This document shows, in pieces, positions 1 through 10,026 of a DNA stretch of 64,000 bases. How positions within the stretch are numbered: the stretch's first letter is position 1; every line of letters begins with the position of its first letter. Where the stretch lies: NCBI GenBank assembly GCA_900319385.1, contig ONOG01000010.1, positions 17,022 to 81,021 of the forward strand, in the 5' to 3' direction. The notes below the pieces were generated by a model that was given only the letters and a program-made list of their open reading frames with translations, searched no databases and was not told the DNA's origin. Origin of the DNA: an uncultured Prevotellaceae bacterium (lineage in GTDB: Bacteria > Bacteroidota > Bacteroidia > Bacteroidales > Bacteroidaceae). The translations under genes and the position numbers were made by a program.

Positions 1-760
1 AGCCGAAAAAACCATCGGCGGCATAGGGGCCGAAGCAACGAATGCCACGCTTGAAGCTCTCGACGATGGCGGGTTGGATGATGTTTTTCTCCTCAGTGCC
101 CAGCAACCCTCCGTCGCCTTGGTGGGGATTGAGCGAAAGGACGGCGATGCGGGGATTGTCGATGGCATAATCTCGGCGTAGCGTCTGGTGGAGGATATTG
201 AGTTTCTCGATGATGCCGTCCTTGGTGATGTTTTCGGCAATTTTCGACACGGGAAGGTGAGTGGTGACGAGTGCGACGCGAAGGGAGTCGGCGGCCAAAA
301 TCATCAGGGCTTTTGCACCGTTGCCCAGTCGTTGCTCGATGTATTCGGTGTGTCCGGGGAATTGGAAGTCGGGGCGCTGGATGGAGTGCTTGTCGATGGG
401 GGCGGTGACGAGAACGTCGATTTTGCCTTCACTCAGTTCCTGCAAGGCTCGTTCGAGGGCCACGAAGGCGGCATTGCCTGCTTCCTCGGTCGATTTGCCG
501 TATTCGATTTTGATTTCTTTCTCGCCGAAACAATTCACCATGTTCAGTTGTCCCTCACGTGCCTCGGCACCTGAGTTGACGATGTTGAAGTTGGTTTGGA
601 GGCCGCACGAATTGCGGTGGTAGATGGCTACTTTCGGAGAACCGTAGATGACGGGTGTGCACGTGCCGAGCATGTCTTCGTTGTCGAATGTCTTGAAGAT
701 GACTTCATAGCCGACACCGTTAATATCTCCGTGGGTGATGCCCACTTTCAGTTTTTGCAT
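1..760 (-). CDS. pdxA: 4-hydroxythreonine-4-phosphate dehydrogenase PdxA (C-terminus cut by the window edge)
   Basis: Absent from the ORF track because no stop lies in the window. The reverse complement of 721-760 reads ATGCAAAAACTGAAAGTGGGCATCACCCACGGAGAT = MQKLKVGITHGD and stays open to base 1. In-frame ...EGKIDVLVTAPIDKHS... and a C-terminal ...GPYAADGFFG are present. Plus-strand ORFs 188-1177 are antisense artefacts. Confidence 0.85.
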   Translation of the reverse strand, partial: MQKLKVGITHGDINGVGYEVIFKTFDNEDMLGTCTPVIYGSPKVAIYHRNSCGLQTNFNIVNSGAEAREGQLNMVNCFGEKEIKIEYGKSTEEAGNAAFVALERALQELSEGKIDVLVTAPIDKHSIQRPDFQFPGHTEYIEQRLGNGAKALMILAADSLRVALVTTHLPVSKIAENITKDGIIEKLNILHQTLRRDYAIDNPRIAVLSLNPHQGDGGLLGTEEKNIIQPAIVESFKRGIRCFGPYAADGFFG

Positions 761-772
761 ATCAGGATGTTT

Positions 773-1804
773 TTAGTTTTGTTGAGTTTCTTTCTTTTCC
801 GGCATCCGAAGTGTGTAAAGGGCAGCTTCGAGGCGTCGGATCATGGTGCGTTTCTTCTTGTCGGGGGCATAGACGAAGCCTTCGACAACGATGACTCGGT
901 TGTTGACCGTATCAACTTGCGAATGTGCCACGAAGGGGCCTCCCATGGCTTCCTTGGTCATTTCCCAAAGGCCACGTGCTTCCTGCACGTAGTGTCCTTG
1001 GATTTCCATGTTGGTCACGTCGCAAAATTCGTGGTTGGTGGTCATATAGCTGCCTGGGTGCTGGCCAGGGATGTTGTCGCGCATGAAAGAGTCGCGCAAA
1101 GCCATATAGACGTTGCGGCCGCTAAATACGCGCTCTGTGAAGTATGGATAGGAGTAGATGCAGATGTTCTGAATTGAGCTGAGACCGTCGTCGGAGGCCC
1201 AGATAAAGTCTTTTCCCACTTTCATCTTTCGGATGTCGGCTGGGATATAGAGTTCGCACCCGAACATTTCCTTCACCTTCTCGTTGAACTTGATGTTGTA
1301 TTCATCCTCCAGACGTGTGGCTTCGCGGTTGATTTCCTCGGCGGTGAAATAGCGGATGAGGAAGCGTGTCTGCTCGGTGATGAAGGGTGAGAGCGCCTCG
1401 TCGCTGGGGCCTTCAATGGTCATAATGAGTTGGGGCGAGGCGTGAAGGTCGCGTTCAATCTTTACTTTGGGTTCTACGTAGTAAGGATTGATTTTCAGAA
1501 CGATAATATTACGAAAAAGATTTGTGATGCGGTCGTAGTGACGTTCCGTCACATGGCTGACATGGAATACGTCTTCCTGTTGTGGAAGCATGGGGATAGG
1601 CTTGCTGAGCACGGTGCGGAGTGCACGTCCGGAGAATCCGCCCCAAAGCGAGTCGTCGGCCACGACCATCACCTCGTAGGGGTTGCCAGAGGAGGAGGGG
1701 ACGAGCAGGGGGCGACGGTGTTTTCGTTGCGGACGCTGTGTGGGCATGTCGCAAGCTGCGGTCAGCATGATGAGAGCTGCCAGAATCCAAATCAGTTTTT
1801 TCAT
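773..1804 (-). CDS. DUF4837-like lipoprotein of unknown function
   Basis: The track ORF 773-1837 begins at a GTG. The ATG at 1804 gives [18 protein letters not shown] (lipoprotein signal) and overlaps the rlmN stop as ATGA. Family assignment is from recollection of the conserved Bacteroidales protein between rlmN and pdxA. Confidence 0.7.
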   Translation of the reverse strand: MKKLIWILAALIMLTAACDMPTQRPQRKHRRPLLVPSSSGNPYEVMVVADDSLWGGFSGRALRTVLSKPIPMLPQQEDVFHVSHVTERHYDRITNLFRNIIVLKINPYYVEPKVKIERDLHASPQLIMTIEGPSDEALSPFITEQTRFLIRYFTAEEINREATRLEDEYNIKFNEKVKEMFGCELYIPADIRKMKVGKDFIWASDDGLSSIQNICIYSYPYFTERVFSGRNVYMALRDSFMRDNIPGQHPGSYMTTNHEFCDVTNMEIQGHYVQEARGLWEMTKEAMGGPFVAHSQVDTVNNRVIVVEGFVYAPDKKKRTMIRRLEAALYTLRMPEKKETQQN

Positions 1805-2841
1805 CGTTTTGCGTTTTGGGTAGTTAGCATTCCGCACGCAGCCATGATGTCTTCGCCGCGCGAGGCACGGATGGTGGTGAAGACGCCATGAGAGGTGAGA
1901 TAGTCGCGCAGGGACAGCAAATCGGCCTCTTCGCTTCCGGGGAGGTCAACGTCTGGGATGGCATGCCAGCGAATGAGGTTGACTCGGCATTCGAGCCCTC
2001 GGAGCAGACGCACGAGTGCCTTGGCGTGTGCGGGTGTGTCGTTCATGCCGTGAAGTACGATATATTCGAACGAGAGGCGGCGTTGGTGATGGAAGTCGTC
2101 GCGCTGGCGAAGCGTTTCCACGATGTCGGCAATGGGGAATTGACGCTCCGCAGGCATGAGTTGGAGTCTTTGCTCGTGGATGGGAGAATGGAGGCTGACG
2201 GCGAGATGGCAGGGACTTTCGTCGAGGAATCTCATGAGTGTCTTCCGTAGCCCTACGGTGCTGACGGTGATGCGTCGTGGGCTCCATCCCATTCCCCATT
2301 CAGCGGTGAGGATATTGAGCGCAGGGAGGAGGTTGTCGAGGTTGTCGAGGGGTTCGCCTTGACCCATCACGACGATGTTGGTGAGGGTGCGTTCGCGCAT
2401 TGCCCACACGACTTGGGCGAGGATGTCGGCCGTGGTGAGGTTGCCGTGGAATCCTTGCTTGCCGGTTTGGCAGAACTGGCAATTCATCTTGCATCCGACT
2501 TGGGTGGAGATGCAGAGGGTGTGGCGCTCACCTTCGTCTTGCCCTGCGGCAGAGGGGATGAATACGGTTTCGACGCATTGCCCGTCCTCGGTCGGGAAAA
2601 GGAATTTCTCGGTACCGTCCTGGCTCCGGAGCGTCTGGAGGGGTTGTACGGCTCCGACTTCGTAGCCTTCGGCCTTCATGCGCAGGCGTGCTGCCTTGGG
2701 GAGGTTGGTCATCTGGTCGATGGAAGAGACGTGTTTTTCGTACATCCACTGAGCCATCTGACGTGCGGCAAAGCGTGGCAGCCCCATTTCGGCCGCCACG
2801 CCTTGCAGTTCTTCGATATTTTTTCCTAAGAGTCTTACCAT
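1801..2841 (-). CDS. rlmN: 23S rRNA/tRNA adenine-C2 methyltransferase RlmN (radical SAM)
   Basis: [11 protein letters not shown] radical-SAM CxxxCxxC cluster, 346 aa, typical RlmN N-terminus ([16 protein letters not shown]). Confidence 0.9.
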   Translation of the reverse strand: MVRLLGKNIEELQGVAAEMGLPRFAARQMAQWMYEKHVSSIDQMTNLPKAARLRMKAEGYEVGAVQPLQTLRSQDGTEKFLFPTEDGQCVETVFIPSAAGQDEGERHTLCISTQVGCKMNCQFCQTGKQGFHGNLTTADILAQVVWAMRERTLTNIVVMGQGEPLDNLDNLLPALNILTAEWGMGWSPRRITVSTVGLRKTLMRFLDESPCHLAVSLHSPIHEQRLQLMPAERQFPIADIVETLRQRDDFHHQRRLSFEYIVLHGMNDTPAHAKALVRLLRGLECRVNLIRWHAIPDVDLPGSEEADLLSLRDYLTSHGVFTTIRASRGEDIMAACGMLTTQNAKR

Positions 2842-4118
2842 GCAAAGATGGGATAGTCCTTCATGATGCTGTTCACCTTCTCACGCACACTGGTGATGAC
2901 GCGGTCGTTCTCGGGGTCGTTGAGCACGGTTTCGATCATCTCGGCAATGAGGAGCATGAGGTCTTCCTTGGCACCACGCGTGGTCATGGCAGGTGTGCCG
3001 AGGCGAATGCCGCTTGTCTGGAAGGCCGATCGTGTGTCGAAGGGTACCATGTTTTTGTTGGCGGTGATGTCGGCAGCCACGAGTGCACGTTCGGCAACCT
3101 TACCAGTGAGGTCGGGGTACTTGGTGCGCAGGTCAACGAGCATGGAGTGGTTGTCCGTACCGCCCGAGCAGATGAAGAATCCGCGATCCATCAGGGCTTG
3201 CGCCAGTGTGGCGGCATTGCGCTTCACTTGCTTCTGGTAGGTGACGAATTCTGGACGCAGCGCTTCGCCGAAGGCAACGGCCTTGGCCGCGATGACGTGT
3301 TCGAGGGGACCACCCTGCTGACCGGGGAAGACGGCTGAGTTGAGCAGTGCCGACATCTTCTTCACTTCGCCCTTCGGCGTGGTGAGGCCCCAAGGGTTGT
3401 CAAAGTCTTTACCCAGCAGGATGATGCCGCCACGGGGGCCGCGGAGGGTCTTGTGCGTGGTCGATGTGACGATGTGGGCGTAGCGGAGAGGATTGTCCAG
3501 AAGTCCGGCAGCGATGAGTCCGGCAGGGTGTGCCATGTCGATCATGAGGAGGGCACCAACCTCGTCGGCAATCTGACGCATGCGCTTGTAATCCCACTCA
3601 CGGCTATAGGCCGAACCGCCTCCGATGATGAGTTTCGGGCGACATTCGAGTGCCTTCTGTTCCATGGCATCGTAATCGACGCGGCAGGTGTCGGGATTGA
3701 GGTTGTAGCCGACGGGATTGTAGAGGATGCCGCTGGTGTTGACGTGGCTGCCATGCGAGAGGTGGCCTCCGTGGTCGAGGTTGAGGCCCATGAAAGTGTC
3801 GCCTGGACGGAGAACGGCGAGCAGTACGGCGGCATTGGCTTGTGCACCGCTATGAGGCTGGACGTTGGCATATTCCGCTCCGAAGAGCTTGCAAACGCGG
3901 TCGATGGCCAGTTGCTCCACCTGATCGACCACCTCGCATCCGCCATAATAGCGTTTGCCAGGGTAGCCCTCGGCGTATTTGTTGGTCAGGCATGAGCCTT
4001 GGGCTTCCATCACCTCCTCGCTTACGTAGTTTTCGCTGGCAATGAGTTCCATGCCCTTCAATTGTCTCTGGTGCTCCTTCTCGATGAGGGCAAACACTTG
4101 ATTGTCTTGTTTCATCAT
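2835..4118 (-). CDS. glyA: serine hydroxymethyltransferase
   Basis: 427 aa. PLP-lysine motif [15 protein letters not shown] and [11 protein letters not shown]. Overlaps the rlmN start by 7 bp. Confidence 0.95.
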   Translation of the reverse strand: MMKQDNQVFALIEKEHQRQLKGMELIASENYVSEEVMEAQGSCLTNKYAEGYPGKRYYGGCEVVDQVEQLAIDRVCKLFGAEYANVQPHSGAQANAAVLLAVLRPGDTFMGLNLDHGGHLSHGSHVNTSGILYNPVGYNLNPDTCRVDYDAMEQKALECRPKLIIGGGSAYSREWDYKRMRQIADEVGALLMIDMAHPAGLIAAGLLDNPLRYAHIVTSTTHKTLRGPRGGIILLGKDFDNPWGLTTPKGEVKKMSALLNSAVFPGQQGGPLEHVIAAKAVAFGEALRPEFVTYQKQVKRNAATLAQALMDRGFFICSGGTDNHSMLVDLRTKYPDLTGKVAERALVAADITANKNMVPFDTRSAFQTSGIRLGTPAMTTRGAKEDLMLLIAEMIETVLNDPENDRVITSVREKVNSIMKDYPIFAW

Positions 4119-4173
4119 GTGTGGGATGTTGAGTGTTTTTATAATTAAAAATTATGAATTATTAATTACGGTG

Positions 4174-4181
4174 CAAAGATA
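4174..4181 (-). promoter_or_regulatory. candidate Bacteroidetes -7 box (TATCTTTG) for glyA
   Basis: Reverse complement of caaagata. Matches the TAnnTTTG consensus of the Bacteroides primary sigma factor. Lies 56 bp upstream of the glyA ATG. Confidence 0.4.
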
Positions 4182-4412
4182 CGAAAAAAACGGGACACAT
4201 GAAAACATTTCAGCCAGTTTTGCGCGTTTTTTAGCAATCGTAAGAGCATTTTTTGTCATCGCGGCAAAATGCGCGCCTCCAGCCATAGGATTTCAGTCCT
4301 TCGAGTCAGCCACGCCACCCTCCTTGTCGGTCGTCGATGACAAGAGCCGTTTCTTGACATTCCACATTGACGATTTGCAAGGTCGGGGCGAAGAAACCAT
4401 GTCGTCAGATTT

Positions 4413-4640
4413 TGTGACTTTGTGACTTTGTGACTGTGACAATTAGTAGTTTCCATACATTGACGGCTAACTGATTGAGGAAATAGTTATAAATTGTAAG
4501 TAATAATATTTTATTATAATATATAATATATATATAATTATATATATATATTATATATTATAATAACCATCCACACCCACCCCCTTTCGGAAAATGTTGA
4601 AGGTACTAATTGTCACAAAGTCACAGTCACAAAGTCACAT
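4413..4640. repeat. composite palindromic element: about 35-bp GTGACTTT-word inverted repeats flanking an A/T-only core
   Basis: The left arm 4413-4449 (tgtgactttgtgactttgtgactgtgacaattagta) is the imperfect reverse complement of the right arm 4605-4640 (tactaattgtcacaaagtcacagtcacaaagtcaca). 4501-4566 contains only A and T. Confidence 0.7.
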
Positions 4641-4672
4641 TTTTTCGTGCCCACACCCCTGCCCGTCGCTCC

Positions 4673-4716
4673 CTGCTGAAAATCGGACCTTACGCTGCTG
4701 AAAATCGGCCCTTACG
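4673..4716. repeat. tandem 22-bp direct repeat (2 copies, 21/22 identical) plus a degenerate third unit
   Basis: ctgctgaaaatcggaccttacg (4673-4694) and ctgctgaaaatcggcccttacg (4695-4716). Confidence 0.8.
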
Positions 4717-4761
4717 AGCGTCGGAAATTTGGAGATGTGCGAATAAAGCCGTAACTTTGCA

Positions 4762-5847
4762 TCACTGTTGAAGGTGCAGCAAGCCTCCTGTGGCAGGATG
4801 AAAAGTGACGCGTGTGGTGGCGTCCTTACCGAATAGTGCTGGTGCCAGCTGGTCGATGGTGCCATACTGAGCGACGGGGAAAGTTCTGCTGAGCAGCTCG
4901 CGGGAGCCTTGCCACACCACCACTTGCGCCTGGCTTGGCAAGTTATAGACAATGCCCTCAATCTTGCGCTTGGCCAATTCCTTCTCGCTGGGAAGAACGA
5001 CGCTATGCTGGTCCTTCACTTCAATGTAGTAAGGCTCGCCGGAGAGGTCGTCTGCATCGACAAATCCGAGCTTACGCGAAAAACGGAAGAGAACCGAGCG
5101 AGGTACATCTTCATAGTCGTGAGGTTCGATGCGATAACTTTCTGAAATCCAAGTCGTATCGGTATATCCAATGAAGAGTTGAACGAGGGCTGATTCCTGG
5201 GCGTTCAGACGATCGAGTACCAGTCGCATGGCTTCACCGTCGTTGGGCATGGCATCGAGCTGACCACGCACGAGCAGGTTGCGTGTCTCGCGAATGTCGT
5301 AAATCTCCGCCGCCGTGAGTTCTGCCATCTTGGCCGACGACGTGGCAGCCAGGATTTCCTCGGTGAAGTAGGAGCGCGAGTCGAGCTGGTGATGCGTAGT
5401 GCGCCCTGTACGGTAGATCGGATCAATGGCAGCATCTTCCTGCACGCGTTCGCCCCCGTTCACCCCCAGGATGATACCACTCTCGGTGAGGGCAACCATC
5501 GGAGCCACCGTCTTGTCCTTCAGACGGATGGTGAAGGTCTTGAGCGTGTCGGGGGTACCTTCGAGATTGAGGGCAAGCTGCTGGACGGCATACTCGGTGT
5601 GAGGTTCCTGGCCGACATTCTGAACATGGAGGTAACGCTCGGCATAGCGGGCAAATTCGCCAGGGGTGTACTGAGTCTTGATCGCGGCCACATCGGCACG
5701 GAGGACGGTGCGCGGCAAGGCATAGGTGACGCCATTAGCCGTGACGCCAGGGTTGAAACTCGTCGTCTGGGCATTCACAGCCGTAAAACTTAGCGGAGAG
5801 AGGACGGCGAAGAGAAAGAGCAACGTGCGGTGAGTTTGATTCATCAT
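4762..5847 (-). CDS. DUF4831-like secreted protein of unknown function
   Basis: 361 aa with signal peptide MMNQTHRTLLFLFAVLSPLSFTAVNAQ. Family call is from recollection of conserved Bacteroidales proteins; no catalytic motif recognised. Confidence 0.65.
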   Translation of the reverse strand: MMNQTHRTLLFLFAVLSPLSFTAVNAQTTSFNPGVTANGVTYALPRTVLRADVAAIKTQYTPGEFARYAERYLHVQNVGQEPHTEYAVQQLALNLEGTPDTLKTFTIRLKDKTVAPMVALTESGIILGVNGGERVQEDAAIDPIYRTGRTTHHQLDSRSYFTEEILAATSSAKMAELTAAEIYDIRETRNLLVRGQLDAMPNDGEAMRLVLDRLNAQESALVQLFIGYTDTTWISESYRIEPHDYEDVPRSVLFRFSRKLGFVDADDLSGEPYYIEVKDQHSVVLPSEKELAKRKIEGIVYNLPSQAQVVVWQGSRELLSRTFPVAQYGTIDQLAPALFGKDATTRVTFHPATGGLLHLQQ

Positions 5848-5863
5848 AGTGTTAATGTATCAT

Positions 5864-7387
5864 TTATTTCGTTTCAAATTCTTGAAAGGCCAGAGGCAAA
5901 GATTCGATGATGTCGGAAGCAAGCAGGGACACCTGCCCGAGGCGGTCGGCTGCCATGTCACCAGCCAAGCCGTGCACATAGACACCCAGACGCGCTGCCT
6001 CAAAAGGCTTGATGCCACGCGCCAACAAGGCCGTGATGATGCCTGTGAGCACGTCGCCCGAGCCAGCCGTAGCCATGCCCGGATTGCCGGTAGAATTGAA
6101 AAACACCTTCTTTTCCGGCGTAACAATGGCCGTGTAGGCACCTTTCATGACGACAAACACCTGATGTTCGGCCGCAAAACGGAGCGTGGCCTGCAGGAGG
6201 TCGTACGTCGTGGCATGATAGCCGACAAGGCGCTCGAGCTCGCCGCGGTGAGGCGTGAGGATGGTGTTTGCGGGCAGTTGAGAGATGAGCGTGGGATGCT
6301 CGGCAAGGATGTTCAGGGCATCGGCATCCATCACAAGCGGAACCTCGACGCTGTATAGAAGGTCGGCCAGGGCACTGACCGTCTCCGTATGTTCACCGAT
6401 ACCAGGACCTATGCCGATAGCGTCAAAGTCGTCGAGCGGGAAGGGCGACATGAAGCGAAGGGCGTCGTCTGGCTCGACACTGAGCAGGGCTTCGGGCACC
6501 GATGTCTGAAGGATGCAACGGTTGCTCTCCTCCGTGCGAACGGTCAGCTTCCCCACCCCACTACGCATGGCGGCACGGGCGGCAAGCATGGCGGCACCTG
6601 CCATCCCCCATTGGCCAGCAATCAGGCATGCATGACCCATCGTGCCCTTGTGAGCAAAACGAGAACGGCACAAAGCTTGGAGATCGAGGTCCGAAATCTC
6701 TGTCATCGCATAGGGCGTTTCCACCTCCTCGTCGCTCGCAAGGCCGATGTCGAGCACCGTCCAGTCGCCCACCGCCTTTTCGTTCTCGGGGAAAAGGAAT
6801 GCGAGCTTCGGATGCTGGAAGGTAAACGTATAGTCGGCATGGATCACCTCATTCATCAGAGCAAGGTTGTTGTCCTCGGTCATCAACCCCGAAGGCACGT
6901 CGATGGAAACCACCGTCGCCGGCGAGCCGTTGATGTATTGCACAACAGCCGCAAAACCACCGGTGAGGGGGCGCGAAAGCCCTGTACCGAAAAGCCCGTC
7001 AACGACGAGTGTCTCTTGCGTCAGCACTGGTGGCGTAAACTCTTGCCGGATTTCATAGAAATGCGCATTTTCTTTTCCCTCGATCAATGATTGCAAACGC
7101 TCTTTATTGAGCAGGCAATCGGGCGAAAGCGCAGATGTTGTGTTGAAAAGATAAACCTCGACGGCATATGCTTTCTCTATCAACATCCGAGCCACACAAA
7201 GGGCATCCCCGCCATTGTTGCCAGGACCGGCAAACACGACGACAGGTGTGTCTTGCGGCCATCGGCTTTCAATCTCCCTTGCCACCTGTTGCGAGGCACG
7301 CTCCATGAGGTCGGCCGACGTGATCGTTTCATGTTCGATGGTAGCGGCATCGAGTTGGCGCATTTGTAGTGCATTCAGTATTTTCAT
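5864..7387 (-). CDS. nnr: bifunctional NAD(P)H-hydrate epimerase / ADP-dependent dehydratase
   Basis: N-terminal YjeF_N motif GPGNNGGD and C-terminal carbohydrate-kinase motif GSGDVLTGII. 507 aa. Confidence 0.9.
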   Translation of the reverse strand: MKILNALQMRQLDAATIEHETITSADLMERASQQVAREIESRWPQDTPVVVFAGPGNNGGDALCVARMLIEKAYAVEVYLFNTTSALSPDCLLNKERLQSLIEGKENAHFYEIRQEFTPPVLTQETLVVDGLFGTGLSRPLTGGFAAVVQYINGSPATVVSIDVPSGLMTEDNNLALMNEVIHADYTFTFQHPKLAFLFPENEKAVGDWTVLDIGLASDEEVETPYAMTEISDLDLQALCRSRFAHKGTMGHACLIAGQWGMAGAAMLAARAAMRSGVGKLTVRTEESNRCILQTSVPEALLSVEPDDALRFMSPFPLDDFDAIGIGPGIGEHTETVSALADLLYSVEVPLVMDADALNILAEHPTLISQLPANTILTPHRGELERLVGYHATTYDLLQATLRFAAEHQVFVVMKGAYTAIVTPEKKVFFNSTGNPGMATAGSGDVLTGIITALLARGIKPFEAARLGVYVHGLAGDMAADRLGQVSLLASDIIESLPLAFQEFETK

Positions 7388-7613
7388 TGTCTCCAGAAAT
7401 GGCTATTTTTGACGATAAATTAAGAATCACAAATCTTATTGTTGGGGCAAAATTAAGGATAAATTCGCATTTTTCGGCAAGGAAAGCAGAAAAAAGTAGG
7501 TTTCTGCACTCGAAATGGGTAATTTCGGGGATGATTTGCCGGCTTTTTATACGATTTTGCCAGCTTGGGCGCTTAAAAAATGTAAAATGTGCAAAGGTTC
7601 AAAGTTTTTTCAG

Positions 7614-7621
7614 TACCTTTG
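7614..7621 (+). promoter_or_regulatory. candidate -7 box (TACCTTTG) for hpt
   Basis: TAnnTTTG match 41 bp upstream of the ATG at 7662. Confidence 0.4.
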
Positions 7622-7661
7622 TCAGAAATTTATTCGTAACACCTCCAATTTCCGTAACGCT

Positions 7662-8195
7662 ATGATTAAGATTTTAGATCGCAACTTCGAGTTGTCGTAC
7701 CCCAACGAGTTGATTCAAGAGAAAGTGAAAGACGTGGCCGCACGACTCAACGAAGACTATGCCGGCAAGAACCCCGTCATGGTATGTATCCTCAACGGCG
7801 CTTTCATGTTTGCAGCCGACCTTGTGCGCGAACTCACCTTCCAACCGGAAATCCTCTTCGCCAAGTTTGCCAGCTACGATGGTATGCAAAGCACAGGTGT
7901 CGTGCGAGAACTCATCGGCGTGAATGCCAACATCTTGGCACGCGACGTCATCATCGTCGAGGATATTGTTGACACCGGCAACACCATGTACAACCTCCTG
8001 CCTCAATTCATCAACAAGGGTGCCAAGAGCGTGAAAATCTGCACTTTCCTGCAAAAGCCCGAATGCCTCACTGCCCCCCTCAAGGTTGATTATTGCGCGA
8101 TGGAAATCCCCAACGCCTTCATCGTCGGCTATGGCCTTGACTACAACGGCATGGGACGAAACTACCGCGACATCTACACCGTGGTGGAAGATTGA
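7662..8195 (+). CDS. hpt: hypoxanthine phosphoribosyltransferase
   Basis: PRPP-binding motif VIIVEDIVDTGNT. The track ORF starts at 7515, but the conserved protein begins at MIKILDRNF (ATG 7662), downstream of the promoter box. Confidence 0.9.
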   Translation: MIKILDRNFELSYPNELIQEKVKDVAARLNEDYAGKNPVMVCILNGAFMFAADLVRELTFQPEILFAKFASYDGMQSTGVVRELIGVNANILARDVIIVEDIVDTGNTMYNLLPQFINKGAKSVKICTFLQKPECLTAPLKVDYCAMEIPNAFIVGYGLDYNGMGRNYRDIYTVVED

Positions 8196-8257
8196 GGCTT
8201 AAGACAAGAAAATGAACTTTGATACACTAAACACCAAACAATAAACACTCAACATTC

Positions 8258-8830
8258 ATGAAGAATATCATCATCTTCGGTGCACCAGGCTCAGGCAAAG
8301 GCACCTATAGCGACGAAATTGTCAAGCGCTACAACATGGGACACATCTCAACAGGCGATGTGCTCCGCGGCGAAATCAAAAACGGTACGGAACTCGGCAA
8401 AATTGCCAAAGGATACATCGATCAGGGACAACTCATCCCCGACGACCTCATGATCGACATCCTCGCCAAAGTGTACGACTCGCATGAAGAAGGACGTGGC
8501 GTCATCTTCGACGGATTCCCACGCACCATCGCACAGGCGGAAGCCCTCAAACAGATGCTCACCCAGCGTGGGCACGACCTCGGCATGATGATCGAACTCG
8601 TTGTCGATGAACAAACACTCATGGAACGTCTCCTGCGTCGTGCCGAAATCGAAGGACGCGCCGACGACAACGAAGAAACCATCCGGAAACGTTTCGCCGT
8701 CTATCATCAAAAGACCGAACCACTCGCACAATGGTTTGAACAAGAGGGCATCCGCCACACCTTCACATGGAAAGGTTCGAAGGAACTGATGCTCGAAGAG
8801 ATTTTCAAGGGAATCGACGCAGAGAACTAA
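8258..8830 (+). CDS. adk: adenylate kinase
   Basis: P-loop GAPGSGKGT, 190 aa, LID-less short form. Confidence 0.95.
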   Translation: MKNIIIFGAPGSGKGTYSDEIVKRYNMGHISTGDVLRGEIKNGTELGKIAKGYIDQGQLIPDDLMIDILAKVYDSHEEGRGVIFDGFPRTIAQAEALKQMLTQRGHDLGMMIELVVDEQTLMERLLRRAEIEGRADDNEETIRKRFAVYHQKTEPLAQWFEQEGIRHTFTWKGSKELMLEEIFKGIDAEN

Positions 8831-10026
8831 TGGCAGAAAGCAACTTCATCGACTACGTCAAAATCTATTGCCGAAGCGGCAAAGGCGGAAAAGGTTCGCC
8901 ACACATGCACCGTGCCAAGTATCAACCGAAGGGAGGCCCCGACGGAGGTAACGGTGGACGTGGCGGACATGTCATCCTGCGCGGTAATCGCAACTATTGG
9001 ACACTCCTCCACCTACGCTACGACCGCCATATCCATGCCGAACATGGAGGCAACGGAGGAAAGAACAAGAGCACCGGCCGACAAGGCGCCGATGCCTACA
9101 TCGACGTGCCATGCGGAACCGTCGTCTATAACGCAGAAACAGGGCAATACATCTGCGACGTCACCGAACACGGGCAGGAAGTCATCCTACTACGAGGAGG
9201 GCGTGGAGGGCTCGGCAACGTCAACTTCGCCACACCCACCAACCAGGCACCCCGCTATGCACAACCAGGCGAGCCGATGCAAGAAATGACCGTCATCCTC
9301 GAACTCAAGCTCCTCGCCGATGTAGGACTTGTCGGTTTCCCCAATGCCGGCAAATCGACGCTTGTCAATGCCCTCTCATCGGCAAAACCCAAAATCGGCA
9401 ACTATCCCTTCACCACCCTCGAACCCTCGCTCGGCATTGTCCCCTACCGCGATGGACGCTCCTTTGTCATCGCCGACATCCCCGGAATCATCGAGGGGGC
9501 CAGCGAAGGACGAGGCTTAGGCTTGCGTTTTCTTCGCCACATTGAGCGCAATTCACTCCTGCTATTCATGGTTCCTGGCGACACCGACGACATCAAGCAC
9601 GAATACGAAATCCTGCTCAACGAACTCGCCACCTTCAACCCCGAGCTCCTTGAAAAGGGACGTGTGCTCGCCATCACCAAGTGTGATTTGCTCGACGATG
9701 AACTCATGGAACTATTGCGCGACACCCTGCCTCAGGGACTCCCCATCGTCTTCATCTCCGCCGTCACCGGTATGGGATTGCAAGAACTAAAAGACGTGCT
9801 TTGGCAGGAAATGAATAGCGAAAGCAACAAAATTGCTGCCATCCAAGGCTACGAAACCATTGTCCACCACGATAAGGATTTCAGCCATCTGCGCACCGAA
9901 CTTCAAGACGAAGGCGAAGACGAAGAACTCGGTTGGGACGACGAAGAAGACATCTCCGAGGACATCGAAGACATCGAAGATTACGAAGACTTTGACTACA
10001 TCGACGAAGAAGATGAAAACGCTTGA
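8830..10026 (+). CDS. obg: GTPase Obg/CgtA
   Basis: Starts at [20 protein letters not shown] (ATG 8830, TAATG overlap with the adk stop). Gly-rich Obg fold [13 protein letters not shown]1 motif GFPNAGKST, acidic C-terminal tail. Confidence 0.95.
   Translation: MAESNFIDYVKIYCRSGKGGKGSPHMHRAKYQPKGGPDGGNGGRGGHVILRGNRNYWTLLHLRYDRHIHAEHGGNGGKNKSTGRQGADAYIDVPCGTVVYNAETGQYICDVTEHGQEVILLRGGRGGLGNVNFATPTNQAPRYAQPGEPMQEMTVILELKLLADVGLVGFPNAGKSTLVNALSSAKPKIGNYPFTTLEPSLGIVPYRDGRSFVIADIPGIIEGASEGRGLGLRFLRHIERNSLLLFMVPGDTDDIKHEYEILLNELATFNPELLEKGRVLAITKCDLLDDELMELLRDTLPQGLPIVFISAVTGMGLQELKDVLWQEMNSESNKIAAIQGYETIVHHDKDFSHLRTELQDEGEDEELGWDDEEDISEDIEDIEDYEDFDYIDEEDENA

Noticed and set aside
188-1177. Three plus-strand ORFs (128, 120 and 193 aa) at the left edge
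   Set aside because: They are antisense to pdxA (open from 760 to the window edge) and to the DUF4837-like gene. No motifs are present.
4441-4604. Interpretation of the palindrome interior as an IS or MITE cargo, or as an origin of replication
   Set aside because: No transposase, target-site duplication or DnaA-box cluster could be seen. The element is kept as a structural finding, but these specific identities are unsupported.
7515-7661. N-terminal extension of hpt in the track ORF (MGNFGDDLPAFYTIL…)
   Set aside because: The extension covers the candidate promoter box at 7614-7621 and AT-rich spacer. The conserved HPRT sequence begins at ATG 7662.
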